A stretch of 64,000 nt of DNA from contig NC_043006.1 of the NCBI RefSeq assembly GCF_006345805.1, positions 91,450,001-91,514,000 on the forward strand, read 5' to 3'. Below the pieces are notes generated by a model, which searched no databases, was not told the origin of the DNA, and saw only the letters and a list, made by a program, of their open reading frames with translations. Every line of letters begins with the position of its first letter. The stretch's first letter is position 1. Origin of the DNA: Octopus sinensis (lineage: Eukaryota). Of the stretch, positions 50,301 to 63,975 are shown piece after piece. The position numbers and the translations under genes were made by a program.

Positions 50301-50320
50301 AGCAAAAGTCAAACATAGAA
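47306..50320 (+). mobile_element. R4/Dong-type non-LTR retrotransposon (RT + CCHC + RLE), 5'-truncated, in (AAT)n
   Basis: KSPGKDKI, YRPITCL, EQKGC, IDYKKAFDS, GIFQGDSLSPLLFC, YMDDLKLFA, YKYLGV, CRVC..ETIDHVVSKC, RPDII, LIDMTVP, KLSKYKDL, VIGALG. About four 1-nt frameshifts and a TAA at 49816. Confidence 0.92.
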
Positions 50321-50353
50321 TAATAATAATAATATTATTAATAATAATAATAG

Positions 50354-50398
<45 letters not shown>

Positions 50399-50420
50399 TA
50401 ATAACAACAACAACAACAAC

Positions 50421-50472
<52 letters not shown>

Positions 50473-50884
50473 TTAATAATAATAACATGCTAGGAAACTC
50501 AGAGATCTTTTGTTGTTTAAAAGTCGAATGGTTTTTTAAAAATATATATTTACTGATAGTAGAGAAAAATGGTTTAGTGGTGACGAGAAATGTTAAACTT
50601 GTCACAAAGTACATGATTCCATTTTATCCAACATTATCAACAGCATCGAATGAAAAGTAAATATCTGTTACACAGTAAATATCTAAATACATTTATAAAA
50701 TGCATTTGTTTCTGTCACGACTTTCGATCTGTTGAAATTATGGCCAGTAGCGCCTTCCATATTACAAAATGGCATAATATCATTGCGATTCATTGAAGAA
50801 ATTTACCCGCAAATTTTCTGTCTTTTTAATGGAATAATTAACTTCAACAATGTTTTAGCTCTGATTATTATTGGCTTCAGATTC

Positions 50885-51072
50885 TGGCACAAGGCCAGCA
50901 ATAACGGGGGAGGAGTAAGTAAATTACATCGCCCCCACTGCTCAACTGGTCCTTATTTTATCGACGATCCCAAAAAGATGCAAGACAAAGTCAACCTCAG
51001 CGGAATTTGAAGACAGACAAATGCCGCTAAGTATCTTGCCCGGCGTGTTAGCGAATCTGCCAGCTCACCGCC
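50885..51072 (-). mobile_element. SINE family B, diverged
   Basis: CAAAGTCAACCTCAGCGGAATTTGAA...GCGAATCTGCCAGCTCACCGCC. Confidence 0.7.
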
Positions 51073-51619
51073 TCACACGTTTCTCATAATTATTAAGGGC
51101 ATTTATGAAATGGCCAGTGCCACAATTCGAAACTGAATTGTCGTTTTAGCTTACACACGCCGCCGCTTAGCGCCAATTCACTAAATATATCCAGTAATTC
51201 AAAGAATTGATAAGTAAATGAGAAGTAATCGTATGGAAACATGTCCGGAGTTGCACCCTAATGCCAAGGATCAGACTCACTCCTCATTGCATATTCGTAC
51301 CTTTTTGACGTGAATTTTTGCTTGTCACTACGGCTGTCGTTTTAATGAAAGTAAAATATCTTAACTCAAAATCGAATATCTGTTCCGTTATAAATGAACA
51401 GAACTGTGGCACCAAGGTGTAGTCCATTGTGTCTTTGACGTCACTCCTGTTGTTGCCCATCTCGTGTTTATGCATATACACGATTATACTGTCTCATGTG
51501 TCTTCCTTCTTTCTAAAGAAGGTAGGATGTATCAATTTCAGATGATTTGACTATTGTTTCTGCCGAATTGCCTAAGGCCAAAGAGGCTTCCTTTTACGCT
51601 TGTAGATTCAGTTAGTTGC

Positions 51620-51832
51620 CTTGAGGAAATTCAGCGTGGCATGGAATGTGATAAGTTGGGCCTTTGAACTACAGGTACAGCTTATTTTTGCCAGCTGAGT
51701 GGACTGGAGCAACGGGAAATAAAGTGTCTTGCTCAAAGACACAATATAAGTGCTATTCCTGCTCCGCCAGGAATCGAACTGACAACCTTAGGAACGTGAG
51801 CCGAATACCTTAACCGCTAATCCACGTGCTCT
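51620..51832 (-). mobile_element. SINE family C variant
   Basis: GGACTGGAGCAACGGGAAATAAAGTGTCTTGCTCAAAGACAC...GGAATCGAAC matches the core of the 17919-18253 copy. Confidence 0.7.
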
Positions 51833-52430
51833 CACAGTTATCTCAATGGTGGCAGGCATCTCAACATTGAGTTTAGGATTAACTTTAGGCTGTTTAGGCT
51901 GTTCTTAGTGTTCGCTCGAGTTTCTTACGTTTATGGAATAGTCGAAGCTGTGCTTGGGCGTTGAGGAGTGATTCTGTAAGCACATCATGTAGCGACAAGG
52001 ACAGTGAAGTCAGAGACTGCTGCAGCGATAAACTGTACATCTCACATATATCCAGGTAGCCACCCGTTTGTAGCGTTTTGTTTAATTTTGTATCTGATCT
52101 ACAAGAACGGTCTGTGTGCAGCCTGAAATGTTTCCGACTCCATCAATGCCTTTGTTTTCTCTATAAGCCGTGCACGTCAAAGTCAATATATGACCGGAAA
52201 CTGTTGTTAACGCTTTGATAAAGGATAATGTTTGATATTACAGAATTATTGAGCGTCATATTGATTTACAAAACCTTTTACAAATACATTTACATTTCTG
52301 TTACGTGGTCTTTGTAGTATTTTGTAGTCAGTGGTGGGTGAACTTGGAGCCATGCAGGACTAGCTTCATCCATAATGAATCTAAAGGGATTGTTTATACA
52401 TTTTTCTTATTTCTTCTTGTCGGCCAAATA

Positions 52431-52488
<58 letters not shown>

Positions 52489-52568
52489 GTGTTTTATATA
52501 TCATTGTTTCTCAGTTTGCTTTGTGTATGATTCTAAACGTGTTGCAAACGTTGTTATGGTGTTGTTGC

Positions 52569-52599
<31 letters not shown>

Positions 52600-53007
52600 C
52601 ACGCGTTTGTGTGTGCGCGCGTGCGTGCGCATGTCTTTGTGTCTGTGCTTATCCCCATCACTGCTTCACAACGGGTGCTGGTGTGTATACGACCCCATAA
52701 CTTAGCGGTTCGGCAAAAGATACTGATAGAATAAATACCATGTTTAAAAGACTATATTGGTACTAGGTTCGATTAGGTCAACTAAAATTCTGCTCGGCGC
52801 TGTTTTAAATATGGTTGATGCAGGGAAGTAATTGATAGCGTTGCTGTGTCAGGAAAAGAGATGAGAGGCTGATGTTTTAAACATATGGCGCTATGTCAAT
52901 GCTTTGCAAAGATGCGAAAATATTCTTTTCTACTCTACAAGGCCCGAAATTTTTAGAGAGGGAGCCTGTCGATCAAATCGACCCAGTACGTAATTGGTAC
53001 TTAATTT

Positions 53008-54944
53008 GGTTAATATAGGGCGTTACGATTATCAGATAATCAAAAACAAAATGTATGTAATAGGTGTAAAACAACTTCCTATGAACGAATATGAAAAAAA
53101 AAATTCGCGCACGCGAAAGAGGGGTGGGGGAGAGGCCTCGGAAAATTCACATCGGGAAGTTCCGAAAGCGTCTGAGGAGCTGACCCGGGCACCAAAACAA
53201 AAAAAAAATAGTGTAATATGTGTAAAACAACTTGCTCTAAACGAATATGACAAAAAAAATGCGCTCTCGCGAAAGAGGGGTGGGGGAGAGGCCTCGGAAA
53301 ATTTATATCGGGAATTTCCGAAAGCGTCTGAACCGGGCATAAAAACAAAAACAGCGTAATAGGTGTAAAACAACTTGCTCTAAACGACAATCATGAAAAA
53401 AATGCGCGCTCGCGAAAGGAGGGAGGGGAGAGGCTTCGGAAATTTCACATCTTCAGTCCACGGCCTTTAAACTAAGAAAAAATAGTGTAATTGGTGTAAA
53501 ACTACTTGTTCTAAACGAATATCAAGAACACACACTCACACATGAATCATAAACTCCGTATTTTTGTACATATTTCGCAAAAAAAAAAAAAAAATAAAGA
53601 GAAGAAATTCTGGAAAAAGTGAAGAAATGTTGGATCTCATTCCTTGGTTAAAGCTATTTTAAACATAAAATTTATGCTTTTCTTTGAAATAGTTCAGATA
53701 TATGCAATTCTTCTCACTTATTAAGATGCATTTATCAGAAAAAAAGAGACAGAAAAAATTATTATTTTGTGTCAATCCTTCCCTAATTATCCTTTATTAA
53801 TTAGTTTTGGCGTATATTTTTTTCCCAAATTTATTTTTTCACCTTTACAACACTGTTTAGTAAAGCAATTAATTATCTTTATAATTTGCATATTTGACTT
53901 ATTAATCAAAATTCTCTAGATGTAATATATACTAAGTAATGCATCCTTCATTTATGTGTTCCGTTCTGTATTATGCATGCGTGACTATTTGTATGTAAGT
54001 GTGTTTAACTGTGCACATGAATGTGAATATTAAAGAACTTATTTATTTACTATGATTGTTATTTTCAGAACAAATAAATCTTTTGGCTGTTATGTTATTG
54101 ATGTTATTATTATTGCTAGTTAAAGGGTGGTGACTTGGCTGAATATTTTGAGTCTTGTAGTATGTAGTTGTGTTAGTCAATATTCTGAGTTCAAATCCAA
54201 CTCATTTCTTTATCATCATTATCGATGGACCACTCAAAGAGGTATGTATACATTATCATTTTCGTAACATAATTTCTGTAGTATTTCAAGATGTTTCTGA
54301 CACGTATTTTGATTCACATGGCGGAGATCCAACATTTCTTCACTTTTTCCAGAATTTCTTCTCTTTATTATTTTTTTTTTTTGCGAAATACGGAGTTTAT
54401 GATTCATGTGTGAGTGTGTGTTCTTGATACTCGTTTAGAACAAGTAGTTTTACACCAATTACACTATTTTTTCTTAGTTTAAAGGCCGTGGACTGAAGAT
54501 GTGAAATTTCCGAAGCCTCTCCCCCACCCCTCTTTCGCGAGAGCGCATTTTTTTTGTCATATTCGTTTAGAGCAAGTTGTTTTACACCTATTACGCTGTT
54601 TTTGTTTTTGTGCCCGGTTCAGACGCTTTCGGAAATTCCCGATATAAATGTTCCGAGGCCTCTCCCCCACCCTTCTTTCGCGAGAGCGCATTTTTTTTGT
54701 CATATTCGTTCATAGGAAGTTGTTTTACACCTATTACACACATTTTTTTTTTTGTTTTGGTGCCCGGGTCAGCTCCTCAGACGCTTTCGGAACTTCCCGA
54801 TGTGAATTTTCCGAGGCCTCTCCCCCACCCCCCTTTCGCGTGCGCGAATTTTTTTTTTCATATTCGTTCATAGGAAGTTGTTTTACACCTATTACACACA
54901 TTTTTTTTTTGATTTTCTGATAATCGTAACGCCCTATATTAACC
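53008..54944. mobile_element. Foldback-type non-autonomous DNA transposon: ~620-bp modular TIRs, 8-bp TSD
   Basis: TIRs at 53008-53638 and 54324-54944 begin GGTTAATATAGGGCG. TSD CTTAATTT at 53000-53007 and 54945-54952. It interrupts a SINE B copy that resumes on the right. Confidence 0.9.
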
Positions 54945-55244
54945 CTTAATTTATTGACATGAAAGGATGAAAGGCAAAGTCAACCTCGGCGGAATTTGAA
55001 CAGACGAAAAAAAACCGCTAAGTATTTCGTCCAGCGTGCTAAAGTTTCTGCTAGCTATTGTTGTAGATTTGGGAAGAATGGATAAAAAGACTGATCCCTG
55101 CGGAATATCTTTTGAGAAATTTCAAATTCTTGATGTAAAGCCGTTAGTCACATTGTACAAGGCTGAGTGTGCAATTCGGCGTCTGAACGACTGAGTTTCA
55201 GCAGGGCTTTAGAACTGATATCTTTGTATCTCTTATCATTTACT

Positions 55245-55650
55245 CGCTTCAGTCATTGGATTGTGGCCATGCTGGGGCACCACCTTGTAGGGCTTAGTCG
55301 CACAAATCGACCCCAGTGGTTATTGTTTTTTAATGTTTTGTACTTACTCTATCGTTCGTCTTTCTCAAATCGTTAGGTTACAGGGACGGAAACAATCCAA
55401 CACCGGTTTTTAAGCAATGGAGGGGCAAATACAAACAGAAAGACATTCACGCATACACACACACACACATGAATATGCACATATGTGTGTGAGTGTGTGT
55501 GCGCGTGTGTGTGTATATATGACGGTTTTTCAGAGAGTTTGCATTAACAAAATACATTCACAAAGCATTAGTTGGCCCGGGGCCCTTGTAGAAGACACCA
55601 AAGGTGCTGCGCAGTGGAACTGAACCCGAAACAACGTGGTTCTAAACCAC
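55245..55650 (-). mobile_element. SINE family A, diverged
   Basis: CAGTCATTGGATTGTGGCCATGCTGGGGCACCACC tail; GTAGAAGACACCAAAGGTGCTGCGCAGTGGAACTGAACCCG head. Confidence 0.65.
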
Positions 55651-55749
55651 AAGCCCTGCCTGTCAGCACAAATGATCAAATTAACACCCCTGCCAGATTT
55701 TGTTTGTCTTCAGGTTTTGAAAAAGGAAATTCTTGAACAGTTGGGTCAG

Positions 55750-56068
55750 TGGATTAGATCGACTCCAGTACGAAACTGGTACTTAATTTATCGACCCCGA
55801 AAGGCAAAGTCCACCTCGGTGGAATTTGAACTCAGAACGTAAAGCATTTCGCCCAGCGTGCTAACGTTTCTTATTTCTTTATTGCCCACAAGGGGCTAAA
55901 CAAGGACAGACAAAGAGTTTAAGTTGATTACATCGACCCCAGTGCGTAACTGGTACTTAATTTATCGACCCCGAAAAGATGAAAGGCAAACTCGAAACGT
56001 GAAAAACAGACGAAATACTGCTAAGTATTTCGCCCGGCGTGCTAACGTTTCTGCCAGCTCGCCTCCTT
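55750..56068 (-). mobile_element. SINE family B nested against an older B copy
   Basis: Two sequential minus-strand B bodies joined at CTAACGTTTC|TTATTTCTTT. Confidence 0.75.
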
Positions 56069-56081
56069 AATCGAAAAAGGA

Positions 56082-56535
56082 AATTGTTTCATGAGAAATG
56101 TACAAAACGTGCCTAACGTATTTCACTTCTGCTTTAAAATGCTTTCATGTCTTATAGCTGTGTGGTAGGTAGTTTGTTTCCCAACCACATGGTTCCGGTT
56201 TCAGTCCCACTGCTTGGCACCTTGGGCAAATGTCCTCTACTGTAGCCTCGGGCCGACCAAAGACTTGGGAGTGGATTTCATAAACTCAAACTGAAAGAAA
56301 GCTGCCGTGAATATGCATATTCAATGTTTGAGTTTATGAAATCCACTCCCAAGGCTTTGGTCGGCCCGAGGCTACAGTAGAGGACATTTGCCCAAGGTGC
56401 CAAGCAGTGGGACTGAAACCGGAACCATGTGGTTGGGAAACAAACTACCTACCACACAGCTATAAGACATGAAAGCATTTTAAAGCAGAAGTGAAATACG
56501 TTAGGCACGTTTTGTACATTTCTCATGAAACAATT
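56082..56535. repeat. Inverted duplication, 210-bp arms with one mismatch and a 34-bp spacer
   Basis: 56082-56291 is the reverse complement of 56326-56535. The duplicated segment is unique flank plus a SINE A head. Confidence 0.92.
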
Positions 56536-56559
56536 ATATATATATATGTATATTTATAA

Positions 56560-56775
56560 AGTTAATCCAAACATGAAAGCACAAAAAAAACACAACAACG
56601 CGAGGACGTGGAACAAATATAGTATTATTGGACGCTCAGGAAGGGAAGGAAAGAAGGAGGGTTTAACGTTTCGAGCGGAGATTTTCGTCAGAAACATAGG
56701 AAAAGGAAAGAACTAGAGAAGGGAAGACGGAGGGAAAAAAATCGCCAACGGTACACACGCGGTCACATTTTGAAT
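56560..56775. repeat. Family E repeat with a decayed hammerhead on the minus strand (56661-56695)
   Basis: The 5' part matches 30182-30250. The minus strand reads GTTT-CTGACGA-AAATCTCCGCTC-GAAA-CG-TT-AAAC; the core is present but stem II does not pair. Confidence 0.65.
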
Positions 56776-56806
56776 ATACATATATATATGAATATATATA
56801 TATATA

Positions 56807-56898
<92 letters not shown>

Positions 56899-56900
56899 CA

Positions 56901-56946
<46 letters not shown>

Positions 56947-57223
56947 ATATATATATAGTATGTATGTATGTATGTATGTGTGTGTGTGTGCGCGCGTGTG
57001 CGTGTGTGTGCGCGTGTGCATGTGTGTGCGGCATATAGACATCAATTTATTAACAGAAACCCAATTACAAATAATCTCAACTTCTTACAACCTACAATTG
57101 TTTCCATTCTCTATTAATTCTAATAACAAAATGAAACTAAGAAGCATTTGAAGATAGTTCAATACACTTCACCGATACACTGGATAAAAACGGGGAACTT
57201 GGATGCTCACATCCTTTTAAGTG

Positions 57224-57280
<57 letters not shown>

Positions 57281-58029
57281 TGTGTCTGTTGTCCGTTTTT
57301 GTCACGTTACACCGGTGTTTGTGTGCTTATGTCCCCGTAAGTTAGCGGTTCGGCAAAAAGAGATCGATAGGATTAGTACCAAGGTCAATTCGTTCGGTTA
57401 AAATACTCCAAGCCGGTGCTCCAGAATGGCCGCACTCTAATGACTGTGGCAAGTAAAAGGATAAAAGAATAAAATGATAGCCCGATAAATATATAAAGGA
57501 ATGTGTATGATATTACAGGCTTGTTGAGCATCAAAGAGCGTAAAAAATGGGTGCAAAAAGGGGTTATGATTATTTAAGCGATTGATTGGACCAAAATGTG
57601 CGTCTACTTGAAAATTTACTGACGAGTGTTTCAGCAAGACGCGCAACAATTTCATGTGTGATATAAACGCATGGATTTAGGCCTCACAATAACATTTGTA
57701 GATAGTATTGTTTTATAAACATCAAAATTGAACGCTGCATTACTAAATTAAATTGTCTTCAATTTGTTTGTTCAAAAAAGTTAGCGAAAGTATATGTAAG
57801 TATATGTAAAGGATGTAACATAAACGTGCCTCCCAAGTTGAAAACGAAAAATGAAATACTTTAATTTCTTTTACTTTGTAAAGATAATCAATATATTTTA
57901 TGGCAATCGTTATTTTCTAGAAGATTTTCACTCTTGTATTTCAAAGCAAAAAACTACAGTTAAACTGTTAGAATTCCAATAATGAAATTGCACAGATGTG
58001 TGAGTCAATATAAAATGATGCGCATCGTC

Positions 58030-58770
58030 AAGGGATGCTCTGCATTCGGGCAGCTACGTGAATCAGTATGGGAGAGAAGAGGTATTAGGCTGGTCACCTA
58101 GTTGAAGGTGTACCAAGCAGATGTACAGCCCATGCTACGGTACACCTTCGTGACGTGGACGGTTTATGAATGTCACGCCAAAAAGCTAAACCAATTCCAC
58201 ATGAAAAGCCTGAGGAAGCTGTTGAAAAGCATTTGGCTGGACAAGGTTCCAGACACGGAGGTCTTCTCTCGAGCTGATCTGTCAAACATTTACACACTGC
58301 TGAGGAGAGCGCTAGTTAGGTGGACAGGACCAGCTGGCTCGAATAACTGACACGGGACTCCCCAAGAGACTTTTTTCTTACAGCGAACTGGCAGAAGGTA
58401 AGCGCACGCTAGGTAAATAGAAAAAGCGCTTGAAGGACACACCCAAAGCCTCACTGAAGAGCTTTGAGATCAACCCAGACACATGAGAAACGCAATCACA
58501 AACTGTCCTGCCTGGTGAAGCTACACTAACTGAGGTACCACCTCTTACGAACAGAACAGAATTTCAGGGTACAAAGAAAACACTAACTACCCAAGTCCAG
58601 AGCCAGCTGCTTGCCTTTAGTCCCAACAGACCACCGGTACCCGAACTGTGGCAGAGTCTTCCAAGCACGCATCGGATACTGATTCGCCACAGCTGGACAC
58701 ACCGTTCCCCGTCTTCTTCGCAACGTGTGATGTCCTTGGTCATAACCGACAACGATGGACGAACTAATAA
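58030..58770 (+). pseudogene. Decayed RTE LINE 3' fragment
   Basis: KVYQA...WTVYECHAKKLNQFHMKSLRKLLKSIWLDKVPDTEV...LVRWTG parallels the 38-kb RTE; similar 3' end GGTCATAACCGACAACGATGGACGAAC(TAA)n. Confidence 0.8.
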
Positions 58771-59788
58771 TAATGTACTGAAAAGAATATGTAGTGATGG
58801 TAACAGAGAGTACCGGAGTTATTTTGTCCAAAGATGTAGGTAAAAACTTGCTTCCTCTAAGTATTCGTCAATTATCCAGTGCTCCCTCTGTGACTTCAAA
58901 TTACTTATTTTCAGTTATGTTGACGAAAATCTTGAAGCTGAAGTGTAATGCCAGTGCTCCGAAGTAAACCGTCATCACTTTAATCAACAATCCGGCATTT
59001 TGTCGACCTGGCTATCTTTAACAGTCAATAGAAGTATAAAGACTCTCAAAATCCATTAGGTCTTTGCCACATTGGAGACCCGATCCAGTATGTGTGTGTA
59101 AGTTTTCATACTTCAAAATGGACCTATTCCCCATTACATGCCAACACTTGAGCATTAATGAATTTTAATGGGATTAAATATTGGTGAATTATCTCCCTTG
59201 CTTTTCTTGACCAGAATTACCACTAAGCTAGTTGATCATTTATTTCTCTTCATATGGATGTACTTTTAATTAATTAGCATTTATTAACACATTAAATTAC
59301 ATAACTTAATGACTAACAAAAGACTCGAACGCAGCTCTACTACACCCTAACAAATCATACAAAACATTAATTTCCTTGTGTCTCTAATCTAAAAATCCGC
59401 ATTCCTCCAAAGTTACCCGAATATGGAACAACCTAAACGGCCATTTTCGAGTTATGAGTCTCAGAGACTGAACTACTGAAATATCGGAAGATAACTCAAC
59501 ACGGCATCATAGCTTTTACAACCTCTCCAACTGTTATGTTAATGGCGCACAAATTAAGAGGCCACGTCTTAAACGTTTTAGACATTAATGGTTTCATTAG
59601 TTATAAATCTTCTTGGTTTAAGTGAAACAAATCAGAGAGTCTAATGAGTCATTAACTGGTATTTTATTTTGTGAGACTAAATAAAAAATACCAGTCACTT
59701 GGATAGTTATGTAACAATTTCTTGGAGGAATGGATCTATGTATGTATGTATGTATGTATGTATGTATGTATGTATGTATGTATGTATG

Positions 59789-59861
<73 letters not shown>

Positions 59862-60015
59862 GTCTGTCTGTCTGTCTGTGTCTCTCTCTCTCTGTCTCTC
59901 CGTCCGTCCGTCCGTCCGAACGTCCGTCCGACCGTCCGTCTGTCTGTCTGTCTGTGCCATTGAAAACTTAAAAATAAATGAATGAAGGGTTATTTCACAA
60001 TCCCCAGCACGTTAT

Positions 60016-60179
60016 AGGCGTAGGAGTGGCTGTGTGGTAAGTGGCTTTTCTTACGAATTACATGATTCCGGGTTCAGTCCCAATGTATGGCACCTTGGGC
60101 AAGTGTCTGCTACTATAGCCTCGGGCCGACCAAAACCTTGTGAGTGGATTTGGTAGACGGAAACTGAAAGAAGCCCGTC

Positions 60180-60236
<57 letters not shown>

Positions 60237-60505
60237 AGTGTGTGTGTGTATGTATATGTGTTTGCGTGTTTGTGTGTGCGTATGTATATATGGTTCTGTG
60301 TCTGTGTTTATCCCCCCAACATCGCTTGACAACCGATGCTGGTGTGTTTACGTCCTCGTAACATAGCAGTTCGGCAAAAGAGACCGATAGAATAAGTACT
60401 AGGCTTACAAAGAATAAGTCCTGGGGCCGATTTGCTCGACTAAAAGGCGGTGCTCCACCATGGCCACAGTGAAATGACTGAAACAAGTAAAAGAGTAAAA
60501 GAGAG
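60016..60505 (+). mobile_element. SINE family A, full length
   Basis: GGCGTAGGAGTGGCTGTGTGG...GGGTTCAGTCCC...GGCGGTGCTCCACCATGGCCACAGTGAAATGACTGAAACAAGTAAAAGAG. Confidence 0.9.
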
Positions 60506-63385
60506 TATTCTGCCAAATATTTTGCTTGTAAGAACTGGTTTCCGTAGACATCCGAAATAGTCATTATTTACATTATTTTCATTTGACGGATATTTGTCCT
60601 CATCTTGTTTGTTGTTAACACAACATTTAAGCTGATATACCCTGCAGCCCTCGTCCGAAATATTATGACTTACAAGTTTTATCAGTGATGTGTCTCGGTA
60701 AAATCATTTTAGCGTTGGACACAATGTTTTGTGGCGTTTGTTTCAAATTTTTAAGTCCGGGTTTCAATTTTGCCGAGGTGAACTTCCTGTTCTTTCTTCC
60801 GTAGTCGATAAAATAAAAACCAATCAAGTGCTGGGGCCAATTTAATCAAATAATATCTCAACTGAAATTGCTGTCATTTTACTTAAATCAAAAACTATAA
60901 GCAGTAACTTTTATCCGCAACAAATCGAAAGTGATCAATAGTTTCGATTGTTCGTGTTATATCTTATTATTCAAATCAGAATTTGCATGTTCTGCACATG
61001 TTATTCGTTTCATTACTTAACAAACACATTACAATGGAAGCTTCGATAGACTTGTAATAATATTCGTTAATGTAAATTCTTATGTTTTATTTTTATGAGA
61101 TGGATGTCAAATTCTATGTTGTTGAACACCTTTCTTAATTAGCAAATTGGAGATTATTTCCTTGGAATGGTCTTACATATCTGTTGCAAAGAACACGATT
61201 TCAACTACGAAACCAATAATTAACCTTCCAGTAAACGGGCAGCTGAGCAACAAAGCATTCATCGAAAAATTCAATAATCAATCTAGAGGAGGTTTTAGTA
61301 TTAAGAATGTATAAATTATTCCTGGCATCAATATTTGGATATTTGACTGTAATAGATCTTCGGGTTCCTTGATATTTTTAACCAAACCTTTAAGCAGACT
61401 ACATGCTACAACTTAGCAACAGGTAGGGTACTCATTATTAATTAATTGTAAGTTTATTCATTATTTTCATATATGTTTTATCATTAATGCTTTCTAGTCT
61501 AAAATAGCCAGAAACGAACCTGTTGCTGTTTCATAACGGTGGTAGTAGCTCTTCTGACTATATTTAACCACAAGAGTCTTGTTCAAAATCTATACTTAGC
61601 ATTATGTATACTTACGCTGTTATAATTTGCTTTATAGTTTTTCTAACGTGCATGTTAAATTTTCGCTAAAATGCTACCTGTGCCATAACCTTTTTCAACT
61701 TTTCTAAATATAGAAATAAAATCTAATTTTATATAGAATATTATTATTACCACAGCAACCGTTTTGAGTTTTCTCTCTTTTCCATTCTCTCTTTGCGTTA
61801 GTCTCTCTCCTTTTATTCATTGTATTTATTTTTCTTACACACACACAGCCATTTCTCTGGTGTTCTACCTTAACTAAAATATTCCTGAACGAGTCGTGGG
61901 AAATTGAATTTTTCTCTTTCGATATCAATAGACGTTTCTAGGGTCTGCCTAACGCGATAAATTGGTAAGACAACCTTCTCTACTTAAATGCTCATTGCAA
62001 GCAACTGAAAGTTTTGCTGCTATTTGCAAATAAATATTTGGAGAAATACATAACAAGCGTATTTTGTATAAGTTAATAAGCTAGTTTTTTTCCTGAATAA
62101 TGTTAAAAGTCAGGAACACAAGTGGAATTTATTTCCAATTTTATAATTCTGTAAACACTCTGGTGAATATAATTTATCAGCAAATCGTATTTCAGTCAAG
62201 TTATTGGAGCCATGTTATTGTATGAGTGGAAGCCACCCAGTTCTCTTTGTATGGTGTGTGTGTGTGTGTGTGTGCGTGCGTGTGTGTGTGTGTGTGTGTG
62301 TAAACGTATTATATGTGGTACAATTGTAAATATTTTAGTAAATATATAAACGTATGTGTTCTACATCTATGTACAAATGCTATTTTATGCATAATGCTAT
62401 ATGTATCTGTGTATATTCGTTTGTGTGTGTGTGTGTATGCAGTTGTCTGTGCCTTTATAAATATTATTCGTGTATATTTCTGTTTACATCTTCGTGGTAT
62501 GTTTGCACGTGTTTGTCTTGTTTGTGAGTATAAATATAATTATTTGTGTTAATGTGAGTGTGTCCGTGTTTCTTTGTCTATGAATGACGTTTGTATACAT
62601 TTGTCTTTGTTTGTGCATATAGGATATTTGTGTATGTTAATATCTGTGTGTATATACGCGTGTGTATGTTTGGGTTCATTTGTCAGTGTACAAATGTTAT
62701 TTTTGTATGTTAATACTGGTGTATCTGCCTGTGTGTCTGTTATAGTAAAACTGTCTGTATGTGTACATATGTGGTTTCTGTATGTTAATATGTGTGTGTG
62801 AGTGTGTGTGTGCATTGTCTCTCATAACTGTTCGGAAAAGATATCACACTATTGCTTGGTCAGCCGTAACTTCGAATCCATAACAGCTCTATTATTTCAT
62901 ATCAGCACAAGACGCTGAATTCCGCATTGGTTCGGTTTGCCGAGATATAAGGAATGTCTGCCAGGTTGTTCAGGAAAAAAGTTACATGGAATAATCTATT
63001 GTACCGAAAAACAAAACTATAAGAAAGCATCATCATCATCGTCGTCGTCGTCGTCGTCATCATCATCATCATCATCATCGTCATCATCATCATCATCATC
63101 GACATCATCATCATCTTCAACATCATCATCTTCAATATCATTTCTGTTCTCATCATTGGCACAAACATTCTCAACCAAGCAAGGAGAACACGGACTTAGA
63201 AGTTTTCTGGCTTTCAGAGGTAGCTAGTTATGTTAGGTTCTTCAGTTCAATTCTTGCCAGGGTTGCCTTAGTTTTTATTCATCATCTTCATCATCATCAT
63301 AAGTCTTCACGCACAGAATTTTTATTGATCTGATCTGAATGAATGGGTCAGTGCCCATAGGCTTCGCAAACAAGAAATGTATACA

Positions 63386-63419
<34 letters not shown>

Positions 63420-63619
63420 CATACATGATAGCTGCACCCTCGTTATTGAGTGTAGCCATTCCACGAAGCTTAATCAATGTTGTTACCGTGCAATGCCTGT
63501 GTAAGAAGATTTTTTTTAAAGTGAGGAAAGGCTGTGCACTGAGTCAATCCCACTCACTAAGCAACAGCAGCCATAATCCGTAAAAGAACAAATCAACATC
63601 ATCGGTAACCACTGAGCCG

Positions 63620-63975
63620 CAGGTTCTATGTCGGAGTTATCCCAGTTACCTGAGTTACCTTCTCCTAGAAGGATGCCCTAACAAAGGCTAGGAGTCCTTC
63701 ACTCCCAATGTTTTAACCGCGCGATCGGGTATTCAGTCCGATTATTTTTATGTCCCCGCGCATGATACATCCTTAAGACGTTTATTGGATGGCCGTTGAC
63801 TCTCAAGAGTTCCTCCGCCCTTTGACGGGTTTTGTTTTTCATCCCGCAGGGTGTCCAATAAATACCCTCCTCACCAAGCAAGATTGGTGGGGTTGCCGGT
63901 TTAGTCGGCGACGACCCGACCATCCAACAGGTTGTACTGGGTTACATGTTACCAGTAGCACACGAAAGTGACCTG
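63620..63975. repeat. GC-richer block, probably an interspersed repeat; unclassified
   Basis: Sharp compositional shift ending in an (ACAT)n tract; no coding motif recognised. Confidence 0.3.

Noticed and set aside
34010-53640. CRISPR-like appearance of regular repeats (16-bp array; TIR modules)
   Set aside because: No unique spacers, no cas genes and a eukaryotic context.
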